A program made the translations under genes and the position numbers. The notes below the pieces were generated by a model. The model was not told where the DNA came from. It worked only from the letters and a program-made list of their open reading frames with translations, and searched no databases. A DNA stretch of 64,000 bases, from assembly GCA_002413045.1 (NCBI GenBank), contig DHWF01000026.1:91354-155353 (forward strand), written 5' to 3'. Of this stretch, positions 62,875-64,000 are shown one piece after another (positions within the stretch are counted from its first letter, which is position 1; the number at the start of each line of letters is the position of its first letter). The DNA is from Chloroflexi bacterium UBA5189 (GTDB lineage: Bacteria; Chloroflexota; Limnocylindria; Limnocylindrales; CSP1-4).

Positions 62875-64000
62875 GTGACCACCGCCCAGCAGGCCACTGC
62901 CGGCCAGGCGCTCGAGGCGCTCTCGGACCGGTTCTGGAACGAGTTCCTCGCCGCCCATCCCACCTGGGCCACCGTCATCGGCGACCGCCGGTTCGACGCG
63001 GAGCTCGACGACGTCTCGCCCGCGGGCACCGCCCGCAGGATCGCCGCGCTCGAGGCCACGCTCGCGGCAGCCACGGCGATTCCCGTCGACGAGCTCGGGC
63101 CGATGGAGCGGGTCACGCGCCAGATGCTGCTCGACGAGGCCGGCGGCGAGGCCGCCTCCCTGCGCACGCGGCTGCACGAATGGACCGTCGACCCGCTCGG
63201 CGGCCCCACGACGACCCTCCTCGACCTCGTCGATTACCAGACGATCCGGACGCCGGATGACGGCCGGGCGCTCGTCGCGCGCTGGCGGGAGATCGGCCGC
63301 CACCTCGACCAGTACGGCGCGAATCTCCGGGAAGCCGCCGCCGACGGGTACGTCGCGGCAGGGAAGCCGGTCGAGCGGCTGCTCGACGTGCTCGACCACC
63401 TCGACGCGACGCCGCTCGAGGACTGGAAGCTCGCCGGGCCGGCAGCGGCCGACCACCCGGACTGGTCCAGCCAGGATCTCCAGCGGTTCCGCACCGACCT
63501 CATCACGGCGGTCCGCGACGTTGCCGCCCCCGGGTTCCACCGGTACGGCGAGACGCTGCGCCGGCACATCCTGCCGATCGCGCGGCGCGATTCGCGCCCC
63601 GGGCTCGTCCACGTGCCCGGCGGCGCGGCAGCCTATCGCGACTGCATCCGCGTCCATACGACCCTCGACCTGGACGCCGAGGCGATCCACGCGACCGGGC
63701 TCGCCGAGATCGAGCGCATCGACGGCGAGTTCGTCGAGCTCGGCAGGCGGGTGCTCGGAACGACCGACCTCCCGTCGACCCTCGCCGCCCTGCGCGACGA
63801 TCCGACGCTCCGGTTCGAGACCGCCGAGCAGGTGTTTGACACCGCCAAACGCTCGCTCGCCCGCGCGCAGGCAGCAATCCCCGAGTGGTTCGGGCGGATC
63901 CCGGGCGCGGCGTGCGTCGTCGTGCCGGTCCCGGGCCACTCCGAGGTCCACCAGACGATCGCGTACTACTCGTGGCCCGCCCTCGACGGCAGCCGCCCAG
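62875..64000 (+). CDS. DUF885 family protein (5' partial; the gene's 3' end lies beyond the window end)
   Basis: Hand translation from GTG 62875 gives an open frame to the window edge. The N-terminus is DUF885-like (ALSDRFWNEFLAAHPTWATVIGDRRFDAELDDVSP). It is absent from the ORF track because there is no stop within the window. Confidence 0.55.
   Translation, partial: MTTAQQATAGQALEALSDRFWNEFLAAHPTWATVIGDRRFDAELDDVSPAGTARRIAALEATLAAATAIPVDELGPMERVTRQMLLDEAGGEAASLRTRLHEWTVDPLGGPTTTLLDLVDYQTIRTPDDGRALVARWREIGRHLDQYGANLREAAADGYVAAGKPVERLLDVLDHLDATPLEDWKLAGPAAADHPDWSSQDLQRFRTDLITAVRDVAAPGFHRYGETLRRHILPIARRDSRPGLVHVPGGAAAYRDCIRVHTTLDLDAEAIHATGLAEIERIDGEFVELGRRVLGTTDLPSTLAALRDDPTLRFETAEQVFDTAKRSLARAQAAIPEWFGRIPGAACVVVPVPGHSEVHQTIAYYSWPALDGSRP

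Noticed and set aside
62824-63951. 375-aa minus-strand ORF at the window end
   Set aside because: Antisense to the hand-translated DUF885 gene, whose N-terminal motifs are family-typical.
1-64000. Search for CRISPR arrays, tRNA/rRNA genes, integrases, transposases or prophage blocks
   Set aside because: No regularly spaced short repeats, no cloverleaf-like GC-rich 75-90 nt intergenic segments and no recombinase or transposase motifs were seen in any frame.

Overview
The window is a 64 kb chromosomal segment of about 70% GC with GC3 above 85%. Long antisense shadow ORFs are therefore frequent and were discounted. UPF0182, MarP, a MoaD-MoaE (MoaX-like) fusion and a TM0106/Dna2-like nuclease-helicase suggest Actinomycetota. 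No rRNA, tRNA, CRISPR array, integrase or transposase was seen.

Gene order: partial UPF0182 membrane protein and an acyl-CoA synthetase; a prenyltransferase-repeat protein coupled to a SAM methyltransferase; DinB; a divergent secreted pair (GH25 muramidase with SH3b and FN3-like modules, and an 896 aa protein with three CarboxypepD_reg-like repeats); a 2-hydroxyacid dehydrogenase and a BNR/Asp-box sialidase-like protein; an MttB-family methyltransferase co-operonic with an ABC-2 exporter; a CUT2-type sugar ABC importer; the large Cas4-like nuclease / Upf1-DNA2-like SF1 helicase fusion.

A general-stress or dormancy-like island follows at about 24.0-34.6 kb. It holds a YggT-like protein, small proteins, a glycogen debranching enzyme, GlsB/YmgE, an SRPBCC protein, ElaB-like and CsbD-like proteins, a zinc-ribbon membrane protein, bacterial TopIB, a GT4 glycosyltransferase and an orphan KdpE-like response regulator.

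Then come MoaX, an O-methyltransferase, a UPF0173 MBL hydrolase, a GGDEF-EAL protein, an AlsS-like TPP enzyme, a SHOCT protein, an aldehyde dehydrogenase, a secreted repeat protein and a HerA-like ATPase.

A long minus-strand biosynthetic operon, ilvB-ilvN-ilvC-leuA-leuB-cimA-(stand-alone LeuA-dimer domain)-pheA, is preceded by a branched-chain-rich leader ORF and a terminator hairpin. This is read as a candidate attenuator.

The window ends with an XRE regulator and direct-repeat operator, a second small-protein/YggT-like/GlsB module, DUF1028, leuC, leuD, a MarP-like protease and a partial DUF885 gene.

Most notable: the putative ilv attenuator; a recurring TGCAAC-N15-CGTTG promoter-like motif and a GTTGCAAC palindrome in the stress island; 11-bp-phased direct repeats next to the KdpE-like regulator; the duplicated YggT-like/GlsB modules; the nuclease-helicase fusion; and an extra stand-alone LeuA allosteric-domain gene.
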